Source: Amoebidium appalachense (taxonomy: Eukaryota > Protista > Ichthyosporea). From it: a stretch of DNA of 64,000 bases. Below, piece by piece: positions 24,318-41,955 of this stretch. A program made the translations under genes and the position numbers. The notes under the pieces are model-generated. The model searched no databases. It had not been told where the DNA came from and saw only the letters and a list, made by a program, of their open reading frames with translations. Location: assembly GCA_963693365.1 (NCBI GenBank), contig CAVNZM010000004.1:1-64000 (forward strand). The letters run 5' to 3'. Positions within the stretch are counted from its first letter, which is position 1. Every line of letters begins with the position of its first letter.

Positions 24318-26552
24318 CCCAGCTCTATGCTGTGCGGCATGAGGCCACAGTTGTTGAGTCTGACCTCCGTCAGCAGCTTGAGGGCTACCGGGAAGCCAAC
24401 AGTGGTCTGTGTGAGCAGGTCGAGGCGATGCAGGGCACGGTGTCTGCGGCTGAGGCTGCCGAGCTGCGGCAGCGCAACCTGCTGCTGCAGGACGAGGTCA
24501 CGGCCCTGGAGCAGGCCCTGGCCACGGCCAAGGCAGAGGCCAGGCGGCTGGGCCATGCCCTGGACGAGGCCGTGCACAGGGCAGACGGGGCAGTGGCTGA
24601 GGCCCAGGCCCTGAGGGAGGCCGGGGCTGGGGCAGCAGGGCTGCAGGCGCAGCTGGCGGCACTGCGGGCCAAGAACAGCGAGCTGTACGACCAGACGGGC
24701 ATGCTGCAGGGCGAGGCCGATGCCCTGCACGAGGAGCTGGCCCTCATGCTGACGAGCCAGGCTGAGGCCGACGGCCAGCTGGCCCAACTAAGGAGCGAGC
24801 GCACGAGGCTGTTGGCCCGCTGTGAGGCCCTGCAGCGCGACCACGATGCAATGCAGGCCCAGGTGGCCCAGGCAGGCAAGGCCGAGGCAGCCAGCCAGCA
24901 GCTGGAGGAGTTGAGGGCGCAGCTGGCCGAGGCCAGTGCAAGGGCACAGGCTGCAGAGGAGACCGTGGGGCAGCTGCAGGCCGAGCTGGTCAATGTGGGG
25001 GCTGAGAGGAGCGCCCTGCTGGGCCAGGTGCAGGCCCTGGAAGCATTGCGGGCCCAGAAGGACGACCTGGGTAGGGTCGTGCAGGCAACAAGGCAGCAGG
25101 TGGCCGACCTGACCGCACAGCTCACTGCAAGGTGGGTACATGCACGTGCACACACAGCATGCTGGGCCAAGGGTGTGCATGCACGTGCACACACACTGCA
25201 TGCTGGGCCCAGGGCATGGGGGGCTGTTAGTGAGTGGTACTGATTGGCGGGTTGCTGACTGGTGGGTACAGGGACGAGGCGCAGCGGGCGGCCGAGGCCG
25301 AGGCGCATCAGCGGCAAGCAGAGACCGAGCGGCTGCAGCAGCGGGTGGAGGAGCTTGCTGGGGCCATGGAGGGGCTGCGGGAGGAGCTTCAGCTGGCGCA
25401 GGAGGTAGGGGCAGCAGGCAGCATGCTGGAGGACCAGTTGGCCGCCCTGCAGGCCGAGCTGGCCAGGCTGCAGACCCAGGCAAAGGCCACGGAGGACGAG
25501 CTGGATGCCTGGGCCCAGCGCCAGGTGGGTGCCTGGGGTGGCTGGTGTGGGTGCGGTGGGTCTGGTGCATGGTGGGTGTGGTCAGGGGTGGATTGGGGCT
25601 GCACGGTGGTTGATGTGGCCTGTGTGCCTGTGTTTGCTGCGTGCCGGTGGCTGCTGTGTGCCTGTGTGCTGTGTGCCTGTGTGTGCTGTATGCATGTGGC
25701 TGCTTTGTACTGACAGGCCGCCACAGGCCGAGTGGGAGCAGCGGGAGGCCCGGCTTGTGGGGCAGCTGCGGGAGATGGCCGATGCCGCAACAGGCGATGG
25801 CCAGGGCCAGGATGGTGAGCTGCAGCGGGCACGGCAGGAGGCCACGGAGCTGGCCGAGGAGAGCAGCCGGCAGCAGGCCGAGATCACGGGGCTGAGGGCC
25901 GCCCTGAGGGACATGCGGCTGGCCCGGGACGGCCTGGCCAGCGAGGCTGCACGCAGGGCCGAGGAGGCCGGCCACATGGAGCAGCACCTGAGAGAGTGCC
26001 TGGCCCGGGCAGAGAGAGAGATAGCTAACCTGCAGCCTGCTAGCCCCGCACCGGCTGTACGCAGCAGCGAGGCCAGCGAGGACACACAGCGGCTGCTGGC
26101 CGACAACCACAGGCTGCAGGCAGAGGTGGCCGCACTGGCCCAGCGCCTGCAGGCCGCCACGGCAGAGCTGGCACAGGCACGTGCCCAGCAGGCACACGGG
26201 GCACAAACACAGACGCAGGAAGACCGCCATGTGGCCAGGCAAGACTCAGGCCATGACCACGAAGAATCCCACCAGAACGAATCGGGCCAGCACGATTCAG
26301 GCCAGCACGAAGGGCATCACCACGAATCGGGCGCGGACGAGTCGGGGCATGAGCAAACGGGCCAGGACGAGCAAACGGGCCAGGACGAATCAATACTTGA
26401 AGAGTCAATTGTTGAGGAGCAGCCACCAACGGCAGAGGAATTGCTCCAGCAGCTGCAGGTATGAGCCCTGCTTACAACACACTGCCCAGGCATGGCTACG
26501 GCCACCATCATCTCCAGCCACCATTAGAGCTCCAGCCACCATTAGAGCACAA

Positions 26553-26611
<59 letters not shown>

Positions 26612-27599
26612 CGCGCGCACGCATTTGCACACATGCATAAACAGCATTGCTGCCATCAAGTGCTGAAGGACAAATCATTGTTGAGGCATGGCCACAACAG
26701 TGTGCCCACACAGACTCTAGTGCGGCACACACACACACAGCAGCGCACACGTGCGTGGTGCCCATGCTGACGGCATGCACGTGCAGGTTCAGCAGCAGGC
26801 CAACCAGCAGCTGCAGGCGCAGGTCAGCCAGCTGCAGGCCCAGGTGGCCGAGCTGGAGGTCAAGGCCCGTGACCCCCTGCCGGGCCGTCTGGATGCGCTG
26901 CTGGGGGAGCTCAAGGCCGTCAGCACGGCCGTGGCCCCCGTGGCCAGCCCCATTCCAGAGGTGCCCCCACCCGTGCCGGCCAATCAGCTGCACGGGCAGC
27001 AGGTCGTGTTCCTGCTGGAGTGCTACATGGCCCTCTACAACCAGTACCGCCTGCTGGCCAATCCACCAGCACGAACCCCAGCCGGCCGGCCCGCCAGCAC
27101 GGCGCTTGGCCAGCGGGGGCAGGCCCTGCGGCTGCAGAACCAGGCACTGCTGGGCAAGGCCGCCACCAGCACCCCGGCCACACGCACGCGGCCGGCAAGC
27201 ACGTCCAGTGTGCCCAGCAGCACGGCCAGGCGCACCCCGGCCCAGCCGGCCACCACCCCCACACGCAAGCCGGCAGCAGCAGCACGAACACCGGCCAGCA
27301 GCAGCCGGGCACCGGCCAAGGTGGAGTACCACGTGGGGGACCGGGTCAGGATCAAGGGCAAGGCCGGCATCCAGGCCACCGTCATGTATGCCGGCCCCAC
27401 AGACTTTGCCCCCGGCCACTGGTACGGCCTCAAGCTCGACACCCCCGGTATGCAACCCCCCCTCCCCCCCTCCCCCCCCCCCCCCCCCCCCCACCTCCCT
27501 GCGCATGAACACGCGCGCACACACACGCAAGCATGCATGCGCGCATGCACACACGGTGCACACCTACGCCCGCACACAAGGACACGCACACAATAACAC

Positions 27600-27637
<38 letters not shown>

Positions 27638-27650
27638 CACAAACACAAGA

Positions 27651-27689
<39 letters not shown>

Positions 27690-27704
27690 TCACTCACTCA
27701 CTCA

Positions 27705-27750
<46 letters not shown>

Positions 27751-28040
27751 TAATGACCTAAACATCAAAGTACCCGTGCCGACACACGTGCACACCTTTG
27801 CTGCCCCATGCCATGGGCTACTAAAAACGCAGACTGGCCTCTGGCAGGCCGTTTGCACACAACATTCGACACCCCACAGGCGGTTGGTTGGGCGTGTGTT
27901 ATGGTTGTATTGGTGTGTGTTTTGACGTGGCATGTGCCGCAGACGGCAAGCACGATGGGTCTGTGCAGGGCAAGGTCTACTTCACCTGCCCAGACCGCTA
28001 CGGTGTGTTTGTCAAGGACGACAAGCTGGACAAGTGCTGA
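18128..28040 (+). CDS. Long coiled-coil protein with a C-terminal CAP-Gly microtubule-binding domain
   Basis: Approximate exons 18128-18178, 19245-19315, 21751-22012, 22589-22828, 23157-23270, 23913-24026, 24317-25131, 25272-25524, 25716-26458, 26787-27447 and 27943-28040. E/Q/A/L heptad sequence, then VGDRVRIKG...[22 protein letters not shown]|[24 protein letters not shown]. Confidence 0.85.
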
Positions 28041-28758
28041 GCACACACCCTGCCTGGGGTGGATGCGTGGGGCAACAGGCGTTACCCATGACATCGTGCC
28101 CCGTGAATGGTTTGCGCTCTTTTTTCATTGCAATATGCCTGCCCATTGTCTATTCTTTATCTGTGCCAAAGGAAGTGAATCATGCGCAGCACCCGAATCA
28201 GGTAATCTTGGTTGCTGGTGGATGTATTCAAGTTTAGTGTTTCTGCAAGTGTTCTTTCTTTGTTTACCCGACATCTGGTTTGCTATTGAGATGATGCCTA
28301 CACGTGTTTTCTCACTCGGGGGGGAGGGGGGGAGGGGGGAGGGGGGATGTTCGATATGAGGTTTTAAATGTACGTGTGGGACAATCAGGGTTCCCCCTCA
28401 TAATGCTTATTTAATGGCCCGGATGGTAGGGAAATTTGTTTCGATCGTGTAAAATAGCTGGACTAGTCCGACAAGTGTAACTTGTTGAACTTATTGACGG
28501 CAGAAACATGGGCCCAGCACATGCAGACAGGCCAACCCTGGGGATAAATAAAATGTCCGGCACACGCTCGTGCACACGCACACACACGCACACACACAAA
28601 CACAAACACACATACACACGAGAGAGAGAGAGAGAGAGAGATAAACGGTGTGTATACGTGTTGGAACCAATGAAGAGTTTAAGACTTGGTGCACGTGGTT
28701 TATATGTGCATGTGCCTTCGATCGGGGTTTGCTGTTGCAGGCAGCAGCGAATTTTCTT

Positions 28759-28793
<35 letters not shown>

Positions 28794-29523
28794 GCTTACG
28801 GTTAGGGGGCATGTACATACAGTAACTGGCAAATTATCATGATGTCGCCGAGAAGGCAAGCACATATCCGACTTTATAGCTAATGCTCGCTGTATACATG
28901 ACTACAATTGCAAATAAAACATACATGTGTATAGGTTGCGCTGCACATGTACAATCTTACATAAATGATGCATATGCTAATTAGCCACGTGCATCATAGG
29001 CAAAGAGAAGTATACGTTTCAACTGGGTTTACCATGGGTCGACGTTGCTGGCGTTTGAATTGCATTTAAGGCCAGTTTTGGGTCAGCCAATCGCTAACAT
29101 TCTGAGACACTCATGATTAGGTGCGTATGCAACTGCTGCCACTACTAGTACTCTGATTGGCAAGCGTGTCACATGACATGCCCACGTGCTGGCCACCACC
29201 CTCTGACCTGGAGCTTGTAGGAGTGTGGTGGTTCATGTATGACTGTGTTATCATCATGCTTACAGCGGGATCCGAGGAGTGCTGTGCGAGATTCAGCACT
29301 GTGTGCCTTGAAGGAGGTGATGTTACAGAACAGGGGTGTGAACACCTTGGGAAGACTAAGTATGGTGCAGGGGAAAGGGTATGGGAATGGGGGTGTCAAT
29401 GCCTGGAGAGGGATGGTGCAGGCCCTGGGGAAGCCTCGCATGTTCCTGTGAAAGAGAAGGGCTGGTAGTGGTGGTGTTGGTGGTGTTGCGTGGGTGGTTT
29501 TCTATCTTTCTTTTTTTTTTGGT

Positions 29524-29563
<40 letters not shown>

Positions 29564-29775
29564 GTTCAACGAACATGTTGCAACTGGGCTGCTTGAACCT
29601 CGGCAAATGCACACTCTGATTCTTGTATGCAGCAGGTCTTGCAAGGCCAATTGGGAAAAGGCGCAACAAAATACAATATACTGTACAGGTCCTGGTGTGT
29701 CTGCTGATACTATACACCGCCAGGCATAAAAAGACTGCAATAAAAGACTGCCAAAATACGCTTGCCCAGTGCACA

Positions 29776-33254
<3,479 letters not shown>

Positions 33255-35259
33255 ATCTGCACCTTCCCCACCTTTGTGTGAGCACTCACAAGTGGCGCCT
33301 GTCAACAAACCTTGTGCCTTCCTTTCTTTGCACCCTGCACCCTGCAGCAAAATAACGACCTGTAGGGTACCGGTAGCCCTTTCCAAAGATTTGGCGTGAA
33401 ATGTTACCAGAACTATAGGCGTGAACGTGAAACATACGCAAGGCATACACAGCAACCAGCCGGTCACATTCAGGCACACACTGAAACTGCTTGCTCCCTG
33501 GTTCTAAAGTGTATGGTGCGTCGGGGTGGCCGAGAATAGTGAGGGGGTAAAGGAAAAAGCAGAAAAAGGGCACTGCCACAGTCAAACCAAGTAGAGGGGC
33601 CAAGCAGTGCGCAAGGCTGGCCAGGGCTGGGCAGAAGAAGGGGAAGGGGCAACCGAGGAAAGAGAGAGAGAGCGGTGACAGGAAAAGGGGGGGACCAAGC
33701 AAGCAAGAGTCGACCGAACGGCCAATTCGGAAAAATACCGTTGCAACCGAGACATGCTTGGCAATGTCCGACCCCTACGTACGCTTCTTCAGCGCATTTT
33801 CTTACATAGCGCGGTTCTACAAAATAAAATAGAGCTTAGATGGAAAAAGCAACACCTACCGGCCCAACCAAGGCAAAGCCAGGCAGACAAAGTTGGACTA
33901 GCTCTGTAGCAGGCACGCAAGGCTTTTTCTCACATAAAGGTAGCTCGGCTGGTACACCAAAAGATTAAAGCACCAAAAGGTCAACGGAGAGAGGGGGCTC
34001 TTAGACATGGAAGTCTACTCTTGGAAAGGTGCACCGGTACAGTACCATGGGTAACTCTGACGCGAAAAAAAAGGGTGACCCCCCTTTTAGGCCGATAGCA
34101 ATCCTTCAATGCAAATATTGGCTGTAAATCACACGCACACAGTGCCGTTGAGTCGAACCAGCACTGGTCCAGGAGTCGCGCACGCACCTACAACATGATG
34201 ATTGAGAGCGATTTCATGCTAATGTGCCCCATTAAAGGTGCCCAATGTGTTCAATAAGTTTCTTTCTCGTTCTGATAGAGAAATCAAAGGTAAAACTCAG
34301 TCGGCATGTGTTATGTTCCTTAGGCAACACCGTATGCATACTGATCATTATCGCTTTTTGGGAGCTTTGGCAGGATACATTTCTCCTGCTGTACGTATGG
34401 ATACCACCCTAGTAGATAAGTCTGTATGGTGCTCTGATGTTGATATTGCCTGGGAAGTTGTGCAGTGGCGCTGTAATTCTTGTTTTCATCGCCGCTGGTG
34501 CCACTTTTGTGCTGACCTTTTTAATCGCAAGCATGTTGATAGGTGTGAATTTTTATGTCGCGTTTTACCTCTTTCCCTCCGGGTATCTGCTACACTAGCT
34601 GGCAATGTGAACACTTTAGACTTTTTGTTGAATTCTGTTGGTCGTCACATTGAGTATTTATATGATTTTCACACAGTGTTCAGGTATCTCAGTATGCACT
34701 TGTTACTGGATAACTCGTGAAGTTTTTATTGTCTTCTCAGTATGCCGTGCATACTTGCATATCTTTCCGTCGAATAAATCCAGTCAAAAGAAAATTTTCT
34801 TCCAGATAGCTCAACAGTAACTTCTGTGAATGATTTTCTCTTGCGAAGGGGCGGACCCTCAAGGAAGCGGTTCTCCTCGTCGAGCGGAGAAAGCCGATCA
34901 TGTTGGGTATGTTCTGATTGGCTATCGAAATGTCACTACCAGGGCGGCTTGGCGGACTCGGTGCCGTACATGCTGTCTGACTGAGGCCAGAAAGCAATCA
35001 TATAGAGTAAGAAAAGTGGACAGTTTTCTCAAGTTAGCTCTGTATCTGCGTATTGATATGCCTGAATGCCAGAGTTTGCTTTTTTTCTTTGCTTTTGAAG
35101 TTCCGGCTATCCGGACTTATCAGGATCCATCGGAAATCTTCTCAGTACTAGCCTGCTGGGGCAGGGGACTTTCGGTCGAACCGCCGAACCAAGCAGATCG
35201 CCTAATTTCAGGAATGGAATGTGACGTCAGGCTTTTGGTCGATGCGCCGATCGGATTAC

Positions 35260-35420
35260 CTATAACTTAATCAATCCAAGCGCCCTTTTTCAACTATTGC
35301 AAAAGAGTACAAAAGCTTTTTGATTGGCTGTACGCAGATGTGCAAATCTAGCTCATCATTTGTCAAATTACGCATTTGTGATTGGTTGAAAAACTAATGA
35401 TCAAGCCAATCATTACGCTG
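35260..35420. promoter_or_regulatory. CCAAT-box cluster upstream of ARGLU1
   Basis: GATTGGCTG, GATTGGTTG and AGCCAATC lie within ~100 bp, about 320-420 bp before the ATG, between divergently transcribed genes. Confidence 0.45.
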
Positions 35421-35737
35421 TTGCTAACTCCGATTGCACCCCCTCTGAGCTGAAACTGAACGGCGGAATGTGTGGTATTTGATTTTCGGAGTACCGAGAC
35501 ACTTTGCGATGCCGCCGCCTACGTCAAATATTTGTGTGATCTCCCGTGATCTGTCTGATGACGCATGCTGCCGCTAAACAGTAGACTACATGCTTATGTT
35601 GCGGCTTTACGCAAAAAGGCTTTGGCTGCGGAAACAGTTACGTGTATGTACCGCCATGTTCGCCGCATGCGCAGATAACCCCCACGGTTTACTTGCAGTG
35701 CCTCTGTACAACTTTCTTCATTGGGTAGGTGGGGAGG

Positions 35738-38633
35738 ATGGGCTACTCTAGCCGCAGACGGTCGCGGTCCCGTTCACGGTCGCGGTCACCCTCGAGGCGG
35801 GCGCGCTCACGCTCGCGGTCGCGCAGGTACGAAGAGTGCCTGTGCGTGCACTCCTTCGTGCTTCCTGCTTCCCTTGCACGGCGTGCAGCCTTGCTTAGCG
35901 TGTGGTTTGTGTTGATGGTGCTTGGTGCGCGCCTGCATGCGTGTGTGTTCGTCAGCTACAACCTTCACCTGCTTTGGTTTGGTCATATGGTCGCGTTGTA
36001 CTTCTTTGTGGTTAACACGTGCCCATGCAGCCCTCGCGCGCGCAGGGACAGAGACCGCTCTCGAGAGCGCGAGCGTTCTTCACGTGCACGGCGGTCACGG
36101 TCCCCGTCGCGGCGACACCGAACACGGTCCAGGTCACCGGACAATGCACGCAGGAGAGAGCAGCAGGAGAAGGAGGAGATAGAGAAAGCGTACGTAGCCC
36201 CGGGAACTAGTGTGTGTGGGCTTGTGGGACTTGTGTGTTGGTGTCAGTCACACAGCTACTGTGCAGCGGTTGCTTGTACGCACGACGGCTGGCAGGGATA
36301 CCTCAGTAGTCTCAACCTCAGCGCACACCAACCCTTCATATACACCTCTAGCCATTGACTAACCCCCTTCGCTCCCCTCCCCCCGTCCTCCCCCCCCTCC
36401 CCCCCCCCCCCCCGTCCCCCCTCCCCCTGCCTCAAAACCACACACGCGTCCAGCTTTCAAGGTTTAAGGCTTGTTGACTTCTTTTTGCTTTCTGCATGTG
36501 GCACATTTGTGACCAATATCCTTCTTCCTTCTGTAAGCACTGACACACTATGTTGGCGTGCAGGCTCAGCAGCAAACGCATAGAGGAGGAGGTTGAGCGG
36601 CGGGTGGCCGAGGTTGTGCGGCAGCGGGTGGAGGCGGAGCTGGAGAGGCGGGTGCAGGCCGAGCTGGAGAAGAGGCGGGAGGAGATAGAGGCCGAGACCA
36701 TGCGCAGGGTCGAGGAGGCCAAGCGGGAGATGGAACAGGTGCTGGCCGAGGAGCTGCAGCGGGAGAAGCAGCGCATACTGGACGAGGCCAGGAAGAAGCA
36801 GGTGGGGGGGCTGGGGGGTAGGCTGCAGGTGTTGCTGAGCTGTGGACGGGGGTCGTGTTCCTGGTTGTGCTGTGCTTCAAGCATCCTTGTCCGTGTGACG
36901 ATGTAAAGTGTGGCTCCTGTTGCAACATGCATCTTAACGGTGACACCACAATGTCACCCTGCCTGCTCTTGCACTTTCACTGGTGTAGACAAGCACCGGT
37001 GCCTTCGCTGTTTCCGTGTAAACCTCCTTTCCACGTGTGCCCTGCACACAGATCAAAGGGCAGGCGGCACAGCCAGGACGGTGTGTGCAGAGGCGGCGCA
37101 GCTAGAAAAAAACACAAGGCAACACGAGGTATCGTATGTAAGGGGTAGGAGGGAGTGACGGAGGATGGCTAGGCAGGATTGAAGGGTTCTGCATGCTAGA
37201 TGGCTGATAGATTTTATGTAGATCTCACAGGAGGGAGTGTGAACATGATCTGTAATGGGTGAGGCTGGCTAGGCCTGGGCTGCATTTCAAGGGGCCACGA
37301 CACAGTAGAGGACCGTGGGAGGAATGGACACGCCACTGTGTGTGTGCCAGTGTGTGTTTTAGTTAGTGGGTGAGGGCACTTGCTGACAGGCACTTAACCG
37401 CACAGGAAGAGGAGCTTCGACGGCAGCAAGAACTAGAGCGGATTATCGAGGAGAACAACCGCAAAATGGCTGAGATGCAGAAGAAGCAGGTCGGTGGTGT
37501 TCTGTGTGGTGTGTGTGTGTCTGCTTCACGTGCCCTCAGGTGTGGACGGGGATGGCTACGTGGCTCTGTGTGCCCCTGGCCGGCTGCAAGTGGGCTGCCT
37601 CGTTGTTGCCTTCTGCCCTTGCAGTGTCTGCCTGCACCTTCACTGCTTGCCCTGCTTGCGCCTCTTGCCTGCACTACACATTTTCCCGTGCACTCCACAC
37701 CCACAAAAGTATTGCGCGCCCCTTCCCTTCTGCCCACACATGTTCCCATATTCTACCCTCTTCTACATGCACGCACACACATTCCACAACATACATCAAG
37801 CGCTCGTTCTCTCTCCCTACACATGTGTTGCATGTATAGACCAAGGCACACATACACACGTGTGCGCATGCCCCGCACACACACACTTGGGCGGTATCTT
37901 CCCTTCCCATGAAACTGTGGCTGAGCACACAGAGAGCACCGCATGTGTTTGGCGCCAGAGCACACAGGGACTTGTGGGCACTGTAGGTGTTTCGGCCCAC
38001 ACCCAAGACCCTTCATCTTCGCCATCCTATCATGCCATGGCGTATCAGCTTTGCTATGTCCCCCCCCCCCCCCTCCCCCCTTCCAACCCCCCAACCCCCA
38101 CAGACACACCCCACCCAGCAAACACCCCTTCTCTACGTCACCACTTTCCTCCCCTTATTTCCTTTGCAATTGGCCTCTGGTTAATCTTCTGCGTAGCCTT
38201 TGTGCCACAGCCTCTCTGAAAAATACTCTCACATGTGATAGTGTGCATGGCTCAGGCTCCAAGGCGCTGGTGCTGTCTGCTCGTGCTCACAGCACTCTTG
38301 TGCCATGCATGCAGCTCTTAGAACGGTCTGTGCTTGCAAGGTAGGGGATGGCATGAGAGTGGCCTTTGGGCAGCTCAGGGATTCAGCCACCACTCTTATG
38401 AAAACTTTGTGCAAACATACTTTTGTGAAAAAACTGCGAAAAAAAATGCCTAAACGACCTTCTTGCGGGACTAGGAGGAGAATCGGCTGAGCGAGCTGCA
38501 GGAAAAGCAGCGCCAGCGGGAGCTGGAAAGGGAGGCCCAGCGGGCCGAGGAGGAGAGGCGGCGGCAGGAGCAGGCGGCCATACTCGACAGAAAGAGCCGC
38601 CCAAAGCTTTCGTTTGGCCTCAAGCCCAAGTAA
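35738..38633 (+). CDS. ARGLU1: Arginine and glutamate-rich protein 1 (splicing regulator)
   Basis: Exons 35738-35826, 36031-36189, 36564-36801, 37406-37489 and 38475-38633, phase-compatible. RS-rich N-terminus, then ELEKRREEIEAETMRRVEEAKREME, LERIIEENNRK and the signature C-terminus KSRPKLSFGLK. Confidence 0.92.
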
Positions 38634-39929
38634 CCGCTAGATGTCATTGATGCGGGGTGTTGCGAATGTTGAAATGTGCGTATGTATGGAGGTGTGGGTA
38701 TTGCCAACGGGGTATCTTGCAAGCATGTAGTGGTGCATGTGGAATGCAGGGGCCTGTGTGATATTGAACCAATGTGTGCATTGCCTGGCAAGGCACGTGC
38801 ACGAATCCATGTGGGGTAGAGCCCCATAGTCTTGTTTCATGCGGCAGGGCTGTGGCCTTGCCGCCAGCTCTATGAGTAAAGTGATGAGTTTGCGCAGGCA
38901 AGTATGCTCACGCTGTGTCACACCACATGCACCTGGTTCTGAGCCGGCATCTCCTCGTTCTTTCTCTCTCTCCTTTTCACCCACCTGCTCTTCCCCCTCC
39001 CCCCCCCCCCCCCCCCCCCCCCTGCTCCCTCCATCTCCCTCTCTCGAGCTCTCGAGTATCGCTCTATAGCTCGAGCTCTCTCTCGAGCGCTAGCGCGCAC
39101 CGCTCGTTCTCATTCTCTGCCCGAGTCCCCTCACCCCCAAGTGGCACACGCGCACACACACACACTGACACACGCACAGACAAATGATGTAACTGGGGGG
39201 AGGAATTCGAAGGTCTGAAAGCATGAGGAAGAGAGAAAGAGAAACACCTGGTCGAATTGAAAACATGCATGGCAGCCGACATCATGATCATGTGGATATG
39301 TAGCCCTAGGCCGTGTGCATGCCATTGGATCTGCACATAGCCAACTGCAGCGCATGTGCATGCGCACCCAGAATCTGATACAAGCACTGTAGCATGTACA
39401 CTCAGACCAACTTCACTTGCACAGTACTAATTACGCCTGTATACACACACAACCATGTCAGAAAAACGCTTCACACTATACTATCTCTGGAGACGGCACT
39501 CCACTTATTAGCTAGAAGGGCGGCACCGTAAGCTAGCTATCCTCTATCTATCGTGTCACTAAACTAAGGCACATGGGGTTAGCACCCAGACTATTAATAA
39601 AGTCTTCACACTATTGAGTCGTCACTCAAACCCTTATTATCCCGCACTGTCTCGTGTCTGCAGCAATACACAAGTACGACAGCTAGTGACTGCAACCTAA
39701 CACTAACGTAGCTAAGGTGATCAAGCTTATCCATGGCCACAAAGGTGCTGAATGCTGCGTGTGTGTGTGACGGCACACACGCACTGACCATCACAAGTGT
39801 CGGGGGTGACCTACAAATGACGGCACACTCGTATTTAATGACTGTCGAGCCCAGAGCTACTGTCCAGAAAGTAGCTGCTTATATACGAAGGCAAGTACAC
39901 TTGTGCTCTCTTTTGTGGTCCTGGTGCTC

Positions 39930-41040
39930 TCGGGAACTTCACCAGAATCTAAACAGATCCAGCCCGGGATCTAGGTGGTGCGTAGCTAGCCAATCGGAGC
40001 TAACAACGGTGCGAGCCCTAGTGGCCATAACCAACTACATTACTACATGGGCCAACCAGCTCCCCTCCCTCCGGATCATCACTGACCCCAGAATCACCAC
40101 CAAGGAGAGACGAAATCTGTCATTGGCCACCAATCGAATGCACTGCAACCCAGCCCAAAAGCACCACACGGCTCGCCGTTTCAAGGTGGCCATAGGCCTC
40201 TGCCATAGGCCTCCTACCAACCATGCACCGACTGCACCGGGACCACCCCAAGCAGTACCCGTCCTCGGCATGCCCCCGGTGCAAAGCAACGACCGAAACC
40301 CAACTCCACCTCTGGACGTGCCCCCGCAACGACCCTGTGACCCCCACACTGCAGACCCTAGTGGAGGACACCATTCACAAGACGGTGACTCAGTGCACCA
40401 ACCGACAGGGACGGTGACCCCTGGGCCATCACCCACCAGATCGTAGCCAACCTACCATATTGGCGGCACCTCACCAGCCCCACCGGCCTCCCAGCAGCAC
40501 CCCCCTCAACACAAGAATGGATCAGTAGAGGGCTACGCCCCAGGGGCATCATTCTAATCCCAGCCCTCGACAGGCACCCCCGAGTCCGAGACACCCTATT
40601 GGCTAATCCGATCCAGTAGTGTGTATCCGAATTTTTCTTTGAATATATCTGGAAACCTAGATGTAGGACACTACACCCAAACCCCACAACCAAACCCAAA
40701 CATAAAGCCCACAAAAACACACAAGCTGCCCGCAGTAAGCAGCCACGCACAACACCTAGAGCCAAAACCCTCCCCACACGGACCCTACCAGCCTGCCCCA
40801 ATTGCAGGTACACCCACCGCAAAACAGAATGCAACCCCCACCACACATACAGACACACGGTAGCCATCACCACCCTACACGACATGGGGAACCACATACA
40901 TCCCACCACACTCAACCCCACAGCACCACCACACCACGTTAGACCCCCGTCAGCAGACATGTGAAATTTCGGACACGCCTCCCCCCCCCCCCCCCCCCCC
41001 CCCCATAGTTAAACCACAACTAGCTAGAACCAAACCCCTC
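39930..41040 (+). mobile_element. Decayed 3' fragment of a non-LTR retrotransposon (L1/Tx1-like ORF2 C-terminus)
   Basis: Zinc finger CPRCKATTETQLHLWTCP and downstream IWKPRC motif, broken by frameshifts and stops; A/C-rich strand bias. Boundaries are approximate. Confidence 0.6.
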
Positions 41041-41236
41041 CGCATCTCTTGTAAATAGTATAGTCCGATCGTTCTGCCATGTCTGTCTGACGGGCTCAGT
41101 CTAGAACGTAGGTATATAGTTCCCATGGGGCTGGTACCCACCACTAGACGGCGGTACTGAATAAGACTTTAAATAAAAAGGTTCAAATCAAAAATTTCAC
41201 CACCTGCCGGTTACGATACGTTCGTATAGCAGCTAG

Positions 41237-41269
<33 letters not shown>

Positions 41270-41511
41270 AACGGCCAGCCCGTTCCCCGGGCCTAGCCGT
41301 CCCCTAGCTTGGGGGTACCCCGTACAGTCGCGTCTGAATTCCAGCTTCCCATCCTTCAAGTGTTAGTCACCAGCGGCACATACTGTAATCATTCGGCCAC
41401 TCAAGAACGTATAGTAGAATCAGCACACAAACCGTACACACACACCACATATGTACACACATACACACACTGTGACACGCACACACAACGCGCGCACACA
41501 CACGCACACAC

Positions 41512-41559
<48 letters not shown>

Positions 41560-41565
41560 ACACAC

Positions 41566-41600
<35 letters not shown>

Positions 41601-41890
41601 CACACACACACACACACACACTCTCGTCACATGCACACACACACAAATACACACACACAAGCACACACACTCACACATGTGCACGTGCACGCGTGCGCGC
41701 CACACACACACACACAAACACCAAGCCAGTGCACACACACACACACGTGCACACACGCGCATACACACCAAACACCTGCACACACGCCACACACATTCCG
41801 ACACGTGCATGTGCATACGCACACACACAGAGACGCGTACACACCACATATGCACACGAACGCCCACACACCACACACACGCACACGCAC

Positions 41891-41955
<65 letters not shown>

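Noticed and set aside
34238-35270. ORFs of 160 and 146 aa between the bromodomain gene and ARGLU1
   Set aside because: Non-ATG starts, no recognisable motifs, and composition unlike the GC3-rich host exons.
41140-41200. tRNA or SINE from B-box-like GGTTCAAATC (also GGTTCGATT near 16859)
   Set aside because: No A-box at the right spacing and no cloverleaf.
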